Assembly: GCA_045806525.1 (NCBI GenBank)
Contig: JBJMJD010000050.1
Span: 21,177 to 85,176, forward strand
Length of the DNA stretch: 64,000 bases
Source of the DNA: Gaiellales bacterium
GTDB taxonomy: Bacteria; Actinomycetota; Thermoleophilia; Gaiellales; JAICJC01
Direction: 5' to 3'
Below are positions 1-9,457 of this stretch, piece by piece (position 1 is the first letter of the stretch; each line of letters starts with the position of its first letter). The notes below the pieces were generated by a model that was not told where the DNA came from, did not search any database, and saw nothing but the letters and a program-made list of their open reading frames with translations. The position numbers were made by a program, and so were the translations under genes.

Positions 1-225
1 GTGCTCCTCGTCGCTCTGGTAGACCAGCCAGGCGGCCTCGTCGTCAAACGCGGCAACGACCGCAAAGTCGCCGTTTCCCTCGCGTATGCCGAGATCCCGG
101 CCGTACGCGTACGACCGCATGTCGGGCAGCCGTGCGGGCAGTCCGGCGAGGCCGCGCTCGATCGCATCCACCTGCTGCTCGGTCGTCCCCGGCTTGAACC
201 GGAACACCACCACGTGGCGGAACAT
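1..225 (-). CDS. Dabb (stress-responsive alpha/beta-barrel) domain protein, N-terminal 75 aa only; C-terminus lies beyond the window start
   Basis: Own translation from ATG 225..223, open to nt 1: MFRHVVVFRFKPGTTEQQVDAIERGLAGLPARLPDMRSYAYGRDLGIREGNGDFAVVAAFDDEAAWLVYQSDEEH. This is a typical Dabb pattern with high GC3. It is absent from the ORF track because it is truncated. ATGA overlap with the stop of the upstream ORF. Confidence 0.6.
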   Translation of the reverse strand, partial: MFRHVVVFRFKPGTTEQQVDAIERGLAGLPARLPDMRSYAYGRDLGIREGNGDFAVVAAFDDEAAWLVYQSDEEH

Positions 226-446
226 CAGCCGCCGCGCTGGCGGCCGGCCAGCACCGCCGCACCGGCCGCCGCCGCTAGTGCCGCCGCACCGACGACCGGC
301 AGGCTCCGCCGCAGACGCGATGGACGCCGGTGGATCTCGAGCCTCGTCAGCACCTGCTCGGTCTGCTTGCGGATGGCGCGGCGGATGATCCGCCGCGCCA
401 CCAGCAAGGTGACGAATCCGACCAGCCTGTGACGCCATTCACGCAT
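225..446 (-). CDS. small hypothetical protein (73 aa), two hydrophobic segments, Arg-rich
   Basis: ORF track 225..446. GC3 about 85%. Its stop TGA overlaps the Dabb ATG (ATGA). No family recognised. Confidence 0.4.
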   Translation of the reverse strand: MREWRHRLVGFVTLLVARRIIRRAIRKQTEQVLTRLEIHRRPSRLRRSLPVVGAAALAAAAGAAVLAGRQRGG

Positions 447-504
447 CGCGTTTCAGTCTACCCGGTGGGGCCATCGGCCAATCGCCCCGGGACAGCGGAT
501 GAGG

Positions 505-693
505 TCAGTCGCCGCTGCTGTCGCTCGGCTCGCGATCGCTCAGGTAGCGCTCGAAGCGCGCCTGGTTGGCCAGGTAGGCAGTCAGCTCGGAGAAGCCGAA
601 CTCCAGCCAGTCGGCCATGTAGCGATCGTCGATCACGGTCTGTCGGTACTCGTTCACGGAGGGATCTTCGACGCCCGCGCGCGGCCGTGCCAT
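505..693 (-). CDS. small acidic hypothetical protein (62 aa)
   Basis: C-terminal part of ORF 505..975, taken from ATG 693: MARPRAGVEDPSVNEYRQTVIDDRYMADWLEFGFSELTAYLANQARFERYLSDREPSDSSGD. Codon usage looks coding. Lies just downstream of ispG. No family recognised. Confidence 0.4.
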   Translation of the reverse strand: MARPRAGVEDPSVNEYRQTVIDDRYMADWLEFGFSELTAYLANQARFERYLSDREPSDSSGD

Positions 694-749
694 GGCCGAA
701 TTGGGGTAGTCGGACACCCGCTCTGTGGTGTTGAACCAGCGCGGCCGCG

Positions 750-1862
750 CTATGTGGTGGCGGCCATCGGCAGCACGTGCTTGCGGGTGCCGCGCTTGGG
801 CCGCACCATCCCGGCTGCTATCCACGCATCCACCTCGCGGAACAGCTCGTCCACCAGCTGGGACTGCTCGACCTTGCGCAGCACCAGGCCGTGGGCGTAG
901 ATGAATCCGGCATCGCGGCCGCCGGCGATGCCGAAGTCGGCATCCCCCGCCTCGCCCGGCCCGTTCACGGCGCAACCCATCACCGCCACCTCGAACACCT
1001 CGTCGTACGTGCCCAGCCTGGCTTCCACCTGCTCGGCCAGATCGAGCACGTCCACGTTGGTGCGGCCGCAGGAGGGGCAGGCGATCATCATCGGCCCGCG
1101 CTGACGCAGCCCCAGCGACCGCAGGATCTCCCAGGCCACCCGCACCTCCTCCACCGGGTCCGCGGTCAGCGACACGCGAATCGTGTCGCCGATGCCCTGT
1201 CCCAGCAGCGTGCCGATGCCGATCGAGCTCTTGACGGTGCCCGTGAAGGCGGGGCCGGCCTCCGTGACGCCCAGGTGCAGCGGGTAGGGGACGCGCTCAC
1301 TCAGGCGCTGGTAGGCCTGCACCATCACCGGCACCGACGACGACTTGACCGAGATCTTGAACTCGCGGTACTCGAGCCGCTCCAGCAGCCGCACCTCCTC
1401 GAGCGCCGCCTCCACCAGCGCGCCGGCCGGATCGTTGGTCGCAAACTGGCGCAGGTGGTCGGGCAGCGACCCGGAGTTGGCGCCGATCCGCATCGGCGTG
1501 CCCGTCTGCTTGGCCCGCTGCACCACCTGCTCGACCTTGTCCGGCCCGCCGATGTTGCCGGGGTTGATGCGCACGGCGGCGACGCCCGCGTCCATCGCGC
1601 GCAGGGCCAGCGAGGCGTTGAAGTGGATGTCCGCGATCACCGGCAACGGTGAAGCGGCCACGATCGCCGGCAGCGCATCGGCGTCGGCTCGTCCCGGCAC
1701 CGCCACCCGCACCAGGTCACAGCCGGCTTCGGCCAGCGCCCGCGCCTGAGCCAGCGTGGCCTCGACATCGGCCGTCTCGGTTGTGGTCATCGACTGCACC
1801 ACCACCGGCGCGCCGCCGCCGATGGGGACGCCGCCGACCGTAATCTGCTTCTGGCTGGACAT
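750..1862 (-). CDS. ispG: 4-hydroxy-3-methylbut-2-enyl diphosphate synthase (MEP pathway)
   Basis: 370 aa. Full-length similarity to IspG/GcpE (VVVQSMTTT..., RINPGNIG, CPSCGR cluster). Confidence 0.95.
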   Translation of the reverse strand: MSSQKQITVGGVPIGGGAPVVVQSMTTTETADVEATLAQARALAEAGCDLVRVAVPGRADADALPAIVAASPLPVIADIHFNASLALRAMDAGVAAVRINPGNIGGPDKVEQVVQRAKQTGTPMRIGANSGSLPDHLRQFATNDPAGALVEAALEEVRLLERLEYREFKISVKSSSVPVMVQAYQRLSERVPYPLHLGVTEAGPAFTGTVKSSIGIGTLLGQGIGDTIRVSLTADPVEEVRVAWEILRSLGLRQRGPMMIACPSCGRTNVDVLDLAEQVEARLGTYDEVFEVAVMGCAVNGPGEAGDADFGIAGGRDAGFIYAHGLVLRKVEQSQLVDELFREVDAWIAAGMVRPKRGTRKHVLPMAATT

Positions 1863-1905
1863 GCTGCCGAAAGGATAGTGGCAGGTTGCCTCGGGGCTCG
1901 CCGTT

Positions 1906-3159
1906 CTAGCGCGGCTGGGCGCCCAGCAGGTCGTTGTGCAGGCCGAACAGGAACAGGAACAGCACCAGCGCGATGCCCGCCATCGAGACCCGCTCGAACG
2001 TCGCCCGCGAGAGCGCCCGGCCGCCGCGGAGCTTCTCGAGCACGACCAGCAGGATGTGGCCGCCGTCCAGCGGCAGGAACGGCAGCAGGTTGAGGATGCC
2101 GAGCGACAGGGAGATGTAGGCCAGCAGCCACAGGTAGTAGGGCGCCCCGGTGTCGGCGGCCGACGCCGAGACGCGCACGATGCCGACCGGCCCCGACAGC
2201 GACGAGGTTCCCTGGCTACGGATGCCGGTGACCGACCCGCTGATCATCGTCCACATCTGCGACAGACCCTCCTCCGGGGCCTTCCAGACGGGCACGCTGC
2301 GTGTGGTCGCGATCACGTCAGGCAGGAAGCCGACGATGTAGCGGCCGCCCTGCTTGACCGGCGTGATCGGGCCGAGGTGCACGGTCGTGCCGTTGCGGCG
2401 CACCGTCAGCGAGACGGGGTGTCCGCCGCTGGTGGAGATCAGCGCGCGCACCTGGTCGAAGCCGGTGATGGGATGGCCGTCGATGGCGACGATACGGTCA
2501 TGCGCGCGCAGCCCCGCCTTCTGAGCCGGAAGGCCCTTCTCGAGCCCGGCCACGACGGCGGTCGGCTGCAGCGGCTGCGGCAATCCGGTGATGGCGAGCC
2601 CCGTCAGGAGCACGAATGCGAACAGGATGTTCGCGAAGGGGCCGGCACCGATCACGATCAGCCGCTTTGCCCGCGAGCTGCGCCAGTAGCCGCGCGGATC
2701 GGTCGACTCCACGAGGCGACTTAGGCAGCGGTTGACGCGGCGGCGGTCGGCGGCCGTCACCCCCTCCGTCTCGTCGATCATCCGGCTCAGCTCGCGCGCC
2801 GCAGGAGCGGCCTCGTCCACCCGGCCCTGCGCGATCAGCTGCGCCAGGCGGTCGTACGCGATGCCGATCTCGCTGGCCCGCTCCGGCGGCAGCGACTCGC
2901 TGCGATGCAGCAGGTCCTCGATCGCCCACAGGTCGGACGGCTCCGGCCGCAGCATCCCCGGGATCTTGACGAAGCCACCCAGCGGCACCACGCCGATCCC
3001 ATACTCCGTCTCCCCCACCTGCTTTCGAGCCAGCGGCGGCGGAAACCCGACGTAGAACTTCAGCGCCCGCATGCCGGTGCGCTTTGCCGCGGTGAAGTGT
3101 CCCAGCTCGTGCAGGAAGACCAGGCCCAGCAGACCCAGGATCGGGATGATGTAGCTCAC
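1906..3159 (-). CDS. rseP: RIP site-2 zinc metalloprotease, M50 family (RseP/Rip1-like) with PDZ domain
   Basis: HELGHF zinc motif near the N-terminus and NLLPFLPLDGGH near the C-terminus. ORF 1906..3402 trimmed to GTG 3159 (VSYIIPILG...), which overlaps the dxr stop (GTGA). Confidence 0.9.
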   Translation of the reverse strand: MSYIIPILGLLGLVFLHELGHFTAAKRTGMRALKFYVGFPPPLARKQVGETEYGIGVVPLGGFVKIPGMLRPEPSDLWAIEDLLHRSESLPPERASEIGIAYDRLAQLIAQGRVDEAAPAARELSRMIDETEGVTAADRRRVNRCLSRLVESTDPRGYWRSSRAKRLIVIGAGPFANILFAFVLLTGLAITGLPQPLQPTAVVAGLEKGLPAQKAGLRAHDRIVAIDGHPITGFDQVRALISTSGGHPVSLTVRRNGTTVHLGPITPVKQGGRYIVGFLPDVIATTRSVPVWKAPEEGLSQMWTMISGSVTGIRSQGTSSLSGPVGIVRVSASAADTGAPYYLWLLAYISLSLGILNLLPFLPLDGGHILLVVLEKLRGGRALSRATFERVSMAGIALVLFLFLFGLHNDLLGAQPR

Positions 3160-4301
3160 GCGGCCACCCCCAGCGCGTCCCGCGCCAGCGCGCGGGCGGC
3201 GGCGTCGGCGGCCAGCACCTGCTCGACCGACTCGAGCGGCTCGGGGTCGAGGCCGTCGAGCACGGCGGCGACCGTGTCGGCGATCTGCGGGAAGCGGCAC
3301 TCGCCGGCCAGGAACGCGGCCACAGCCACCTCGTTGGCGGCGTTCAGCGCGCAGGGTGCGGTGCCGCCGGCCTCGCCCGCCGCGCGGGCCAGCGCCAGGC
3401 ACCGGAACGCGTCCAGATCGGGTGGCTCGAAATCGAGCGCGAACCCTCGCGAGAGGTCGAGACGGGGCGCCGGCGTGGCCGCGCGCTCGGGATACGTGAG
3501 GGCGTAGCTGATCGGCAGGCGCATATCCGGAAGGCCCAGGTGCGCGATCAGCGCGCCGTCGCGGAAGCGGGCCATGCCGTGCACGATCGACTGCGGGTGC
3601 ACGACCACCTCGATGCGCGCGTAGCCGACGCCGAACAGGTGGTGGGCCTCGATCAGCTCCAGACCCTTGTTCATCAGCGTGGCCGAGTCGATCGTGATCT
3701 TGGCGCCCATCGACCAGGTGGGATGGGCCAGCGCCTGGGCCGGGGAAACGTCTGCCAGCCGCTCCTGTGACCAGCCCCGGAACGGCCCGCCCGATGCGGT
3801 CAGCACCAGCGACTCGAGCGACTCAGGGGCGGCGCCCTCCAGGCACTGCTGCAGCGCCGAGTGCTCGCTGTCGACCGGCAGCAGCAGACGGCCGCTGCGG
3901 CGCACGGCGGCGGTCACCAGCTCGCCGCCGGCCACCAGGCTCTCCTTGTTGGCGAGCGCCAGGTCGCTGCCGGCGTCGAGCGCGGCCATCGTTGCCTCGA
4001 GGCCGGCGGCGCCGACGATCGCGTTCAGCACGATGTCGGCGCGCAGCTCGCGCACCAGCTCGACAACTCCGTCCTGCCCGCCCAGCACCCGGCCGTCGAA
4101 CTGCGAGCGGGCGCGTTCGGCAGCGGCGGGGTCGGCCAGCGCGATCACGGCGGCGCCGTGCTCGCGCGCAGCCGCCACCACCTCGGCCTGCGATGCGTGC
4201 GCGGCCAGGCCGACGAGACGCAGGTCGGGGTGGTCGCGGACGATCTCGAGTGCCTGACGGCCGACCGAGCCGGTCGCGCCCAGAATGGCCACCGTCCTCA
4301 T
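3156..4301 (-). CDS. dxr: 1-deoxy-D-xylulose 5-phosphate reductoisomerase
   Basis: MRTVAILGATGSVGRQ... is the typical Dxr NADPH-binding N-terminus. ORF 3156..4394 trimmed to ATG 4301. Confidence 0.95.
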   Translation of the reverse strand: MRTVAILGATGSVGRQALEIVRDHPDLRLVGLAAHASQAEVVAAAREHGAAVIALADPAAAERARSQFDGRVLGGQDGVVELVRELRADIVLNAIVGAAGLEATMAALDAGSDLALANKESLVAGGELVTAAVRRSGRLLLPVDSEHSALQQCLEGAAPESLESLVLTASGGPFRGWSQERLADVSPAQALAHPTWSMGAKITIDSATLMNKGLELIEAHHLFGVGYARIEVVVHPQSIVHGMARFRDGALIAHLGLPDMRLPISYALTYPERAATPAPRLDLSRGFALDFEPPDLDAFRCLALARAAGEAGGTAPCALNAANEVAVAAFLAGECRFPQIADTVAAVLDGLDPEPLESVEQVLAADAAARALARDALGVAA

Positions 4302-4476
4302 GGCGTCAGTGTATCGGGGCCTGATTGCGGCACCGTGAGATGACTGGTCGAGATCTGCGTGACGTCCAGGGCGCATGGCATTGCCTTGCGCCAATCGGAA
4401 GCGATCTGCGATTACGCAGACCGCGGACGGAGAAGACGGTTCGCAGCCGCAGCCACCCTACCGATCAGCCATTTTC

Positions 4477-5295
4477 CTAGGCGACGCGATGCAGTGCCAG
4501 CGCCACGAAGAACGCGGCGGCGCCGGCGAACAGCAGGCCGTCGATGCGGTCGAGTACGCCGCCGTGGCCGCCCAGCAGCCGGCCGGTGTCCTTCACCCCC
4601 ATGTCGCGCTTCAGATAGCTCTCGAACAGGTCTCCCACCGGAGACGCGGCCGCGATCGCGACGGCGAACTCCAGCGCGTTCAGCGGGCTGATGGGATCGC
4701 CGCTGGGCTGGTTGTAGAGCGTGAAGAACACGGCCGCGGCGCCCAGCACGAAGCCGATCACCAGGCCCTCGACTGTCTTGTTGGGCGATATGGCCGATGC
4801 CAGCTTCCGCTTGCCGAACATGCGGCCTCCGACATAGGCGAAGGTGTCCGAGAGCCAGACGCCGACCAGCACCGCGATCAGCAGCTGTTTGCCCCAGTCG
4901 GCCGGAACGGGAACGTCGCGCAGCGCCACCAGGAAGGCCAGCCCGTATCCGATCCAGACCACCCCGAGCAGCGTGACGCTCAGCTGCACGGTGGCCGCCT
5001 GCCGCACGTCGGCGACCGCGCTCAGCCAGAACGCCAGCAGCAGCGTCCCCATCAGCGGCGCCAGGCTCCACACGAGGCCGCCGTGGTGCGTGACCACGAT
5101 GATCCCGGTCACACCGGCGAAGCCGGCGATCGTGAGCGGCCGCAGGGAACGTGTCGCGGCCCCGTACTCGTGCATCGCGAGCACTCCGCAGGCCACGGCC
5201 AGCCCCACCATCGGCCAGCCGCCCACCACCACCGCCAGGATCGCGATCACGATCAGCGGCACCGCGATCAGGACACGCCCGACCAGACCGCTCAC
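4477..5295 (-). CDS. cdsA: phosphatidate cytidylyltransferase (CDP-diglyceride synthase)
   Basis: Polytopic membrane protein with the C-terminal CdsA signature SYLKRDMGVKDTGRLLGGHGGVLDRID. Trimmed to GTG 5295, which overlaps the uppS stop (GTGA). Confidence 0.85.
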   Translation of the reverse strand: MSGLVGRVLIAVPLIVIAILAVVVGGWPMVGLAVACGVLAMHEYGAATRSLRPLTIAGFAGVTGIIVVTHHGGLVWSLAPLMGTLLLAFWLSAVADVRQAATVQLSVTLLGVVWIGYGLAFLVALRDVPVPADWGKQLLIAVLVGVWLSDTFAYVGGRMFGKRKLASAISPNKTVEGLVIGFVLGAAAVFFTLYNQPSGDPISPLNALEFAVAIAAASPVGDLFESYLKRDMGVKDTGRLLGGHGGVLDRIDGLLFAGAAAFFVALALHRVA

Positions 5296-6053
5296 CGCTT
5301 GCCGAACCGCCGCCGGCGCCTCGCATAGGCCGACAGCGCTTCCGCCAGCTGCTCCTCGCCAAAGTCGGGCCAGTGGTCGGGCGTGAAGTGGTACTCCGCG
5401 TAGGCGGCCTGCCAGAGCAGGAAGTTGGACACGCGCAGCTCGCCGCTGGTGCGGATCACGAGGTCGGGGTCGGGCATCTCGGGAGCGTACAGATGTGCAC
5501 GGAGGGCGGCCTCGTCGATTGCCTCGGCCGCAACGCCCTCCTCCACCAGCGCCCGCGCCGCCCGCACCAGCTCGTCGCGGCCGCCGTAGTCGAAGGCCAC
5601 CCACAGGTCCAGGCGGGTGTTGTCGGCAGTGCGGCGCTCCATGTCGGTCATCAGCTCCAGCAGCGCCGGCGGACACCGGTCGCGACGGCCGACGAAGCGC
5701 ACGCACACGCCCTGTCGATGGAGGTCCGGGAACTGGTCGCGGATGGTCTCGGTGAACAGCTCCATCAGGTCGTCCACCTCCTGCGCCGGCCGTCCCCAGT
5801 TCTCCGTCGAGAAGGCGTACACCGCCAGGCTGCGCACGCCCAGTCCGGGAGCCGACTCAACCGTCCGGCGCAGCGCGCGGGTGCCGGCGCGGTGACCGGC
5901 GATCGGCGGCAGCCCGCGCTGGCGGGCCCAGCGGCCGTTGCCGTCCATGATGATCGCCACCGACGTCGCGGAGTCGGGGAGCGACTGCTCGACTGACGCG
6001 ACGCGCCGCAGCCGCAGCAAGCGGCGTAGGCGACCGACCGAGACGGCGGGCAT
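5292..6053 (-). CDS. uppS: undecaprenyl (isoprenyl) diphosphate synthase, cis-prenyltransferase
   Basis: VAIIMDGNGRWA motif, FSTENW, and RTSGELRVSNFLLWQ. ORF 5292..6368 trimmed to ATG 6053. Confidence 0.9.
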   Translation of the reverse strand: MPAVSVGRLRRLLRLRRVASVEQSLPDSATSVAIIMDGNGRWARQRGLPPIAGHRAGTRALRRTVESAPGLGVRSLAVYAFSTENWGRPAQEVDDLMELFTETIRDQFPDLHRQGVCVRFVGRRDRCPPALLELMTDMERRTADNTRLDLWVAFDYGGRDELVRAARALVEEGVAAEAIDEAALRAHLYAPEMPDPDLVIRTSGELRVSNFLLWQAAYAEYHFTPDHWPDFGEEQLAEALSAYARRRRRFGKR

Positions 6054-6093
6054 CCAGGTATTCAAGCGGATCGCCGGTCGAACCGGCGCCGGA

Positions 6094-6492
6094 TCAGAAC
6101 GGCCCGTGCGGCTTGTAGCCACCGGGTGGGCAGCCGACTGCGACGAACGAGAGCCCTTTCGCGCCGGCCATGGGACGGCGCGTGGTGCCGGCATCGAAGC
6201 GGATGAATGACCCGGCCCGCACCGGCACCTGCTCGCCGTCGACCAGCCAGTGGCCGTCGCCGGCGAACACGAACGCGACCTCCTCCTGGCCGGTGGACGA
6301 CTCGTCGTGCTCCAGGCCACCCGCGCCGGGCGGCAGATCGAAGCGGTTGATGCCGAATGCCTCGACACCGAGGCCGCGGCGCACGAACCGCACCATGCCC
6401 CCCGGGCCGGCCGGGTCGATCTCGTCGCTGTGAATCACGCTGTAGGCCAACGTTCCCTCCGCGGTCGTTGTGTCGGGCCACAGTACCGCCAT
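6094..6492 (-). CDS. cupin domain protein
   Basis: 132 aa. Cupin-like G-x5-H-x-H...E motif region (PPGAGGLEHDESSTGQEEVAFVFAGDGHWLVDG) and beta-rich composition. Confidence 0.6.
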   Translation of the reverse strand: MAVLWPDTTTAEGTLAYSVIHSDEIDPAGPGGMVRFVRRGLGVEAFGINRFDLPPGAGGLEHDESSTGQEEVAFVFAGDGHWLVDGEQVPVRAGSFIRFDAGTTRRPMAGAKGLSFVAVGCPPGGYKPHGPF

Positions 6493-6512
6493 CCACGCGG
6501 TAGGCTCGGCCG

Positions 6513-7508
6513 GTGAGCGGCGGGTACCCCTTCGGCTATCACCTCACCAGGTTGCGCGGCGACGACGGCACGCCGTTCGCCGATCCGGCTGAGCAGGAGC
6601 GGGTGTGGGGACGCCCATGGGGCGCTGCCGACGAGGTCGGCCGGCTGCGGATGGCGCTGGTGCGCAGGCCCCGCGGCGAGTTCGCCGCCGTGCGTGCCGA
6701 CTGCTGGGACGAGGACTGCGGCGCGCTGGTCGATCCGGACGGGCTCTGGTACTGGGAGGACCGGACAGCGCCCGACCTGGCGCTGGTGGACGCCCAGCAC
6801 GCGGCGCTGGTCGCGGCGCTCGAGGCGGAGCGCGTCGAGGTAGTCGAGGTGCAGGGCGATCTCCCGACACACATCACGACGCCGATCTACACGCGCGACC
6901 CGCTGATTACGGTGCCGGGCGGGGCCATCGTCGGACGGCTGGAGCCGTACAAGCGCCGCGGCGAGGAGGCGCTGGTGACGCGGACGCTGGCAGCGCTGGG
7001 GATGCCGATCCTGGCAACGGTGCACGGGCGCGGGCTGATGGAGGGCGGCAGCTTCGTCAAGCTGACGCCGGCGGTGGCCGCGTTCGGGACGTCGTTCCGC
7101 TGTAACGACGAGGCCGCCCGGCAGCTGGAGGCGGCGCTGCGGCCGCTCGGCATCGAGCTGATCGTGGTGCCCCTGTCGCCGTACTCGATCCACATCGACG
7201 GGCACATCGGGATGATCGCGCCCGACCTGGCGCTGATCGACCCGCTGGGGCTGCCCTGGTGGTTCGTCGATCGGCTGCATGGGCTCGGCATAGAGACCGT
7301 GCCATGCGTGCCCGGCGAGGAGTGGGCGATCAACTCGCTGGCGCTGGCGCCGCGGCGGATGCTGATGTGCGAAGGCTTCCCGCAGACGATCGACCGGCTT
7401 TCGGCGCACGGCGTCAACGTCGTGACGGTGCCCTACGCGGAGATCCAGAAGGGCGGCGGCGGGGTGCACTGCTCCACGATGGAGCTGGTGCGCGACACCG
7501 CTGGCTGA
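6513..7508 (+). CDS. amidinotransferase-fold enzyme (arginine deiminase / DDAH / amidinotransferase superfamily)
   Basis: 331 aa. The C-terminal GGGGVHCSTMELVRD has the catalytic Cys typical of this guanidino-modifying superfamily. An internal HIDGH is also present. Confidence 0.7.
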   Translation: MSGGYPFGYHLTRLRGDDGTPFADPAEQERVWGRPWGAADEVGRLRMALVRRPRGEFAAVRADCWDEDCGALVDPDGLWYWEDRTAPDLALVDAQHAALVAALEAERVEVVEVQGDLPTHITTPIYTRDPLITVPGGAIVGRLEPYKRRGEEALVTRTLAALGMPILATVHGRGLMEGGSFVKLTPAVAAFGTSFRCNDEAARQLEAALRPLGIELIVVPLSPYSIHIDGHIGMIAPDLALIDPLGLPWWFVDRLHGLGIETVPCVPGEEWAINSLALAPRRMLMCEGFPQTIDRLSAHGVNVVTVPYAEIQKGGGGVHCSTMELVRDTAG

Positions 7509-7533
7509 GCACACAGACAGACCGTGGGCTGCC

Positions 7534-8091
7534 TCAGACCTCCATGATCTCGGCCTCTTTGGCCTTCAGCGCGGCGTCGATCGCCGCCACGTGCTCGTCG
7601 GTCACCTTCTGCAGCCGCTCCTCGGCGCGGTGGACGTCGTCCGCCCCCGTCTCGCCGTTCTTCTCGGCCTCCTTGAGGTGATGCTGGGCGTCGCGGCGCA
7701 CGTTGCGGGCGGCCACGCGGCCCTCCTCCGCCAGGTGCCGCACCTGCTTGACCAGCTCCTTGCGGCGCTCCTCGGTGAGCTGCGGGATCGGCAGGCGGAT
7801 CAGCTGGCCGTCGTTGTTGGGCGTCAGCCCCAGGTCCGACTCCATGATGGCCTTCTCGATGTCCCTCATCACGCCCTTGTCGAACGGCGTGATCGTCAGC
7901 AGCCGCGGCTCCGGCACGCTGATCGTGGCCAGCTGGTTGATCGGCATCTTCGTCCCGTACGCACTGACGTTGATGCGCTCCAGCAGCGCGGCCGACGCGC
8001 GACCGGTGCGGATGGTCGTGAACTCGTGACGGGTCGCCTCGACGGACTTGTCCATCCGCCGAGCCGCATCCTTCAGCACGTCGTCGATCAT
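7534..8091 (-). CDS. frr: ribosome recycling factor
   Basis: 185 aa with full-length Frr similarity. The ATG overlaps the pyrH stop (ATGA). Confidence 0.95.
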   Translation of the reverse strand: MIDDVLKDAARRMDKSVEATRHEFTTIRTGRASAALLERINVSAYGTKMPINQLATISVPEPRLLTITPFDKGVMRDIEKAIMESDLGLTPNNDGQLIRLPIPQLTEERRKELVKQVRHLAEEGRVAARNVRRDAQHHLKEAEKNGETGADDVHRAEERLQKVTDEHVAAIDAALKAKEAEIMEV

Positions 8092-8840
8092 GGTGTGACC
8101 TGCACCGGAAGACCTCCAGGGACGCTCGAGATGATGGTTCCGAGCCGCTCGCCCCGCGCGATGCGGGCGATGTTGTGCTCGTCGTCGAGATTAAACACGT
8201 ACAGCGGCAGCGCGTTGTCCATGCACAGCGACAGGGCGGTCGTGTCCATCACCTTCAGCCCCCGCTCGATCGCCTCGATGTGAGTGATCTGGGGGATCAG
8301 CCGCGCCTGCGGGTTTGTGCGGGGATCGTCGTCCAGCACGCCGTCCACGCCGTTCTTGCCCATCAGGATCGCCTGGGCGCCGATCTCCAGCGCCCGCAGC
8401 GCGGCCGCCGTATCGGTCGTGAAGAACGGGTTGCCGGTGCCGGCCGCGAAGATCACCACGCGCCCCTTCTCGAGGTGGCGGATGGCGCGGCGGCGGATGT
8501 AGGGCTCGGCCACCTCCGACACGTCGATCGCCGACATCACCCGCGTGAAGACGCCCAGCTGCTCGAGCGCGTCCTGCACGGTGAGGGCGTTCAACACCGT
8601 GGCCAGCATGCCCGCGTAGTCGGCGGTCGCCCGGTCCATGCCGCGCGCCGCCTCCTGCGTGCCGCGCAGGATGTTGCCGCCTCCCACCACGATCGCCATC
8701 TCGACGCCGGTCTCGACCACCTCCCCCACCGCCCGCGCGACAGCCGCGATCCGCTCCGGCGCCTGCCCGTACTCGCGGTCGCCCATCAGGGCCTCGCCGG
8801 ACAGCTTCAGGAGCACCCGCTCAAAGGCCGGCTCGGTCAC
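8088..8840 (-). CDS. pyrH: UMP kinase
   Basis: [11 protein letters not shown]... and IVVGGGNI motifs. ORF 8088..8999 trimmed to GTG 8840, which overlaps the tsf stop (GTGA). Confidence 0.95.
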   Translation of the reverse strand: MTEPAFERVLLKLSGEALMGDREYGQAPERIAAVARAVGEVVETGVEMAIVVGGGNILRGTQEAARGMDRATADYAGMLATVLNALTVQDALEQLGVFTRVMSAIDVSEVAEPYIRRRAIRHLEKGRVVIFAAGTGNPFFTTDTAAALRALEIGAQAILMGKNGVDGVLDDDPRTNPQARLIPQITHIEAIERGLKVMDTTALSLCMDNALPLYVFNLDDEHNIARIARGERLGTIISSVPGGLPVQVTP

Positions 8841-9457
8841 TCCTCGCCCACCTCGAAGCGCGCGAAGCGCTTGATCTCGATGTTCTCCCCGATGGTGGCC
8901 GACAGCTCGGCCCGCAGCGTCTCGATCGTCTTGCCGTCGTGCTCGGGCTTGATCGACGGCTGCTTCAGCAGCACCGTGTCGACCAGCGACTTGTTCCACA
9001 TGCCCTCGGCGATCTTGTCCAGCATGTTCTCGGGCTTGCCCTCGTTCGCAGCCTTGCCGCGGAAGGTGTCGATCTCGGCTGCGCGGAACGCGTCGGGGAT
9101 CTCGTCCTCGGACACGAACTGCAGCGAGCGTCCGGCCGCGACCTGCAGCGCCACGTCGCGGGCGAACGCCTTGAATGTGTCGTTGCGGGCGACGAAGTCG
9201 GTCTCACAGCCGACCTCGACCATCGCGCCGATGGTGCCTGTGGCGTGGACGTAGCTCTCGACCACGCCGGCGCCGGTGCCGCGGCCGGCGCGCTTGCCAG
9301 CGGCCGCCAGGCCCTTCTCGCGCAGCCACTTCTTGGCCGCGTCCATGTCGCCGGCCGCCTCCTCCAGGGCGCGCTTGCAGTCCATCATCCCCGCCTGCGT
9401 CTGCTCGCGGAGCTCCTTCACCTCGGCCGCTGACGGCCTGTATGCCACGTCGCTCAC
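8837..9457 (-). CDS. tsf: translation elongation factor Ts (short form)
   Basis: 206 aa. [22 protein letters not shown] is the UBA-like N-terminus typical of EF-Ts. GTG overlaps the rpsB stop. Confidence 0.9.
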   Translation of the reverse strand: MSDVAYRPSAAEVKELREQTQAGMMDCKRALEEAAGDMDAAKKWLREKGLAAAGKRAGRGTGAGVVESYVHATGTIGAMVEVGCETDFVARNDTFKAFARDVALQVAAGRSLQFVSEDEIPDAFRAAEIDTFRGKAANEGKPENMLDKIAEGMWNKSLVDTVLLKQPSIKPEHDGKTIETLRAELSATIGENIEIKRFARFEVGEE

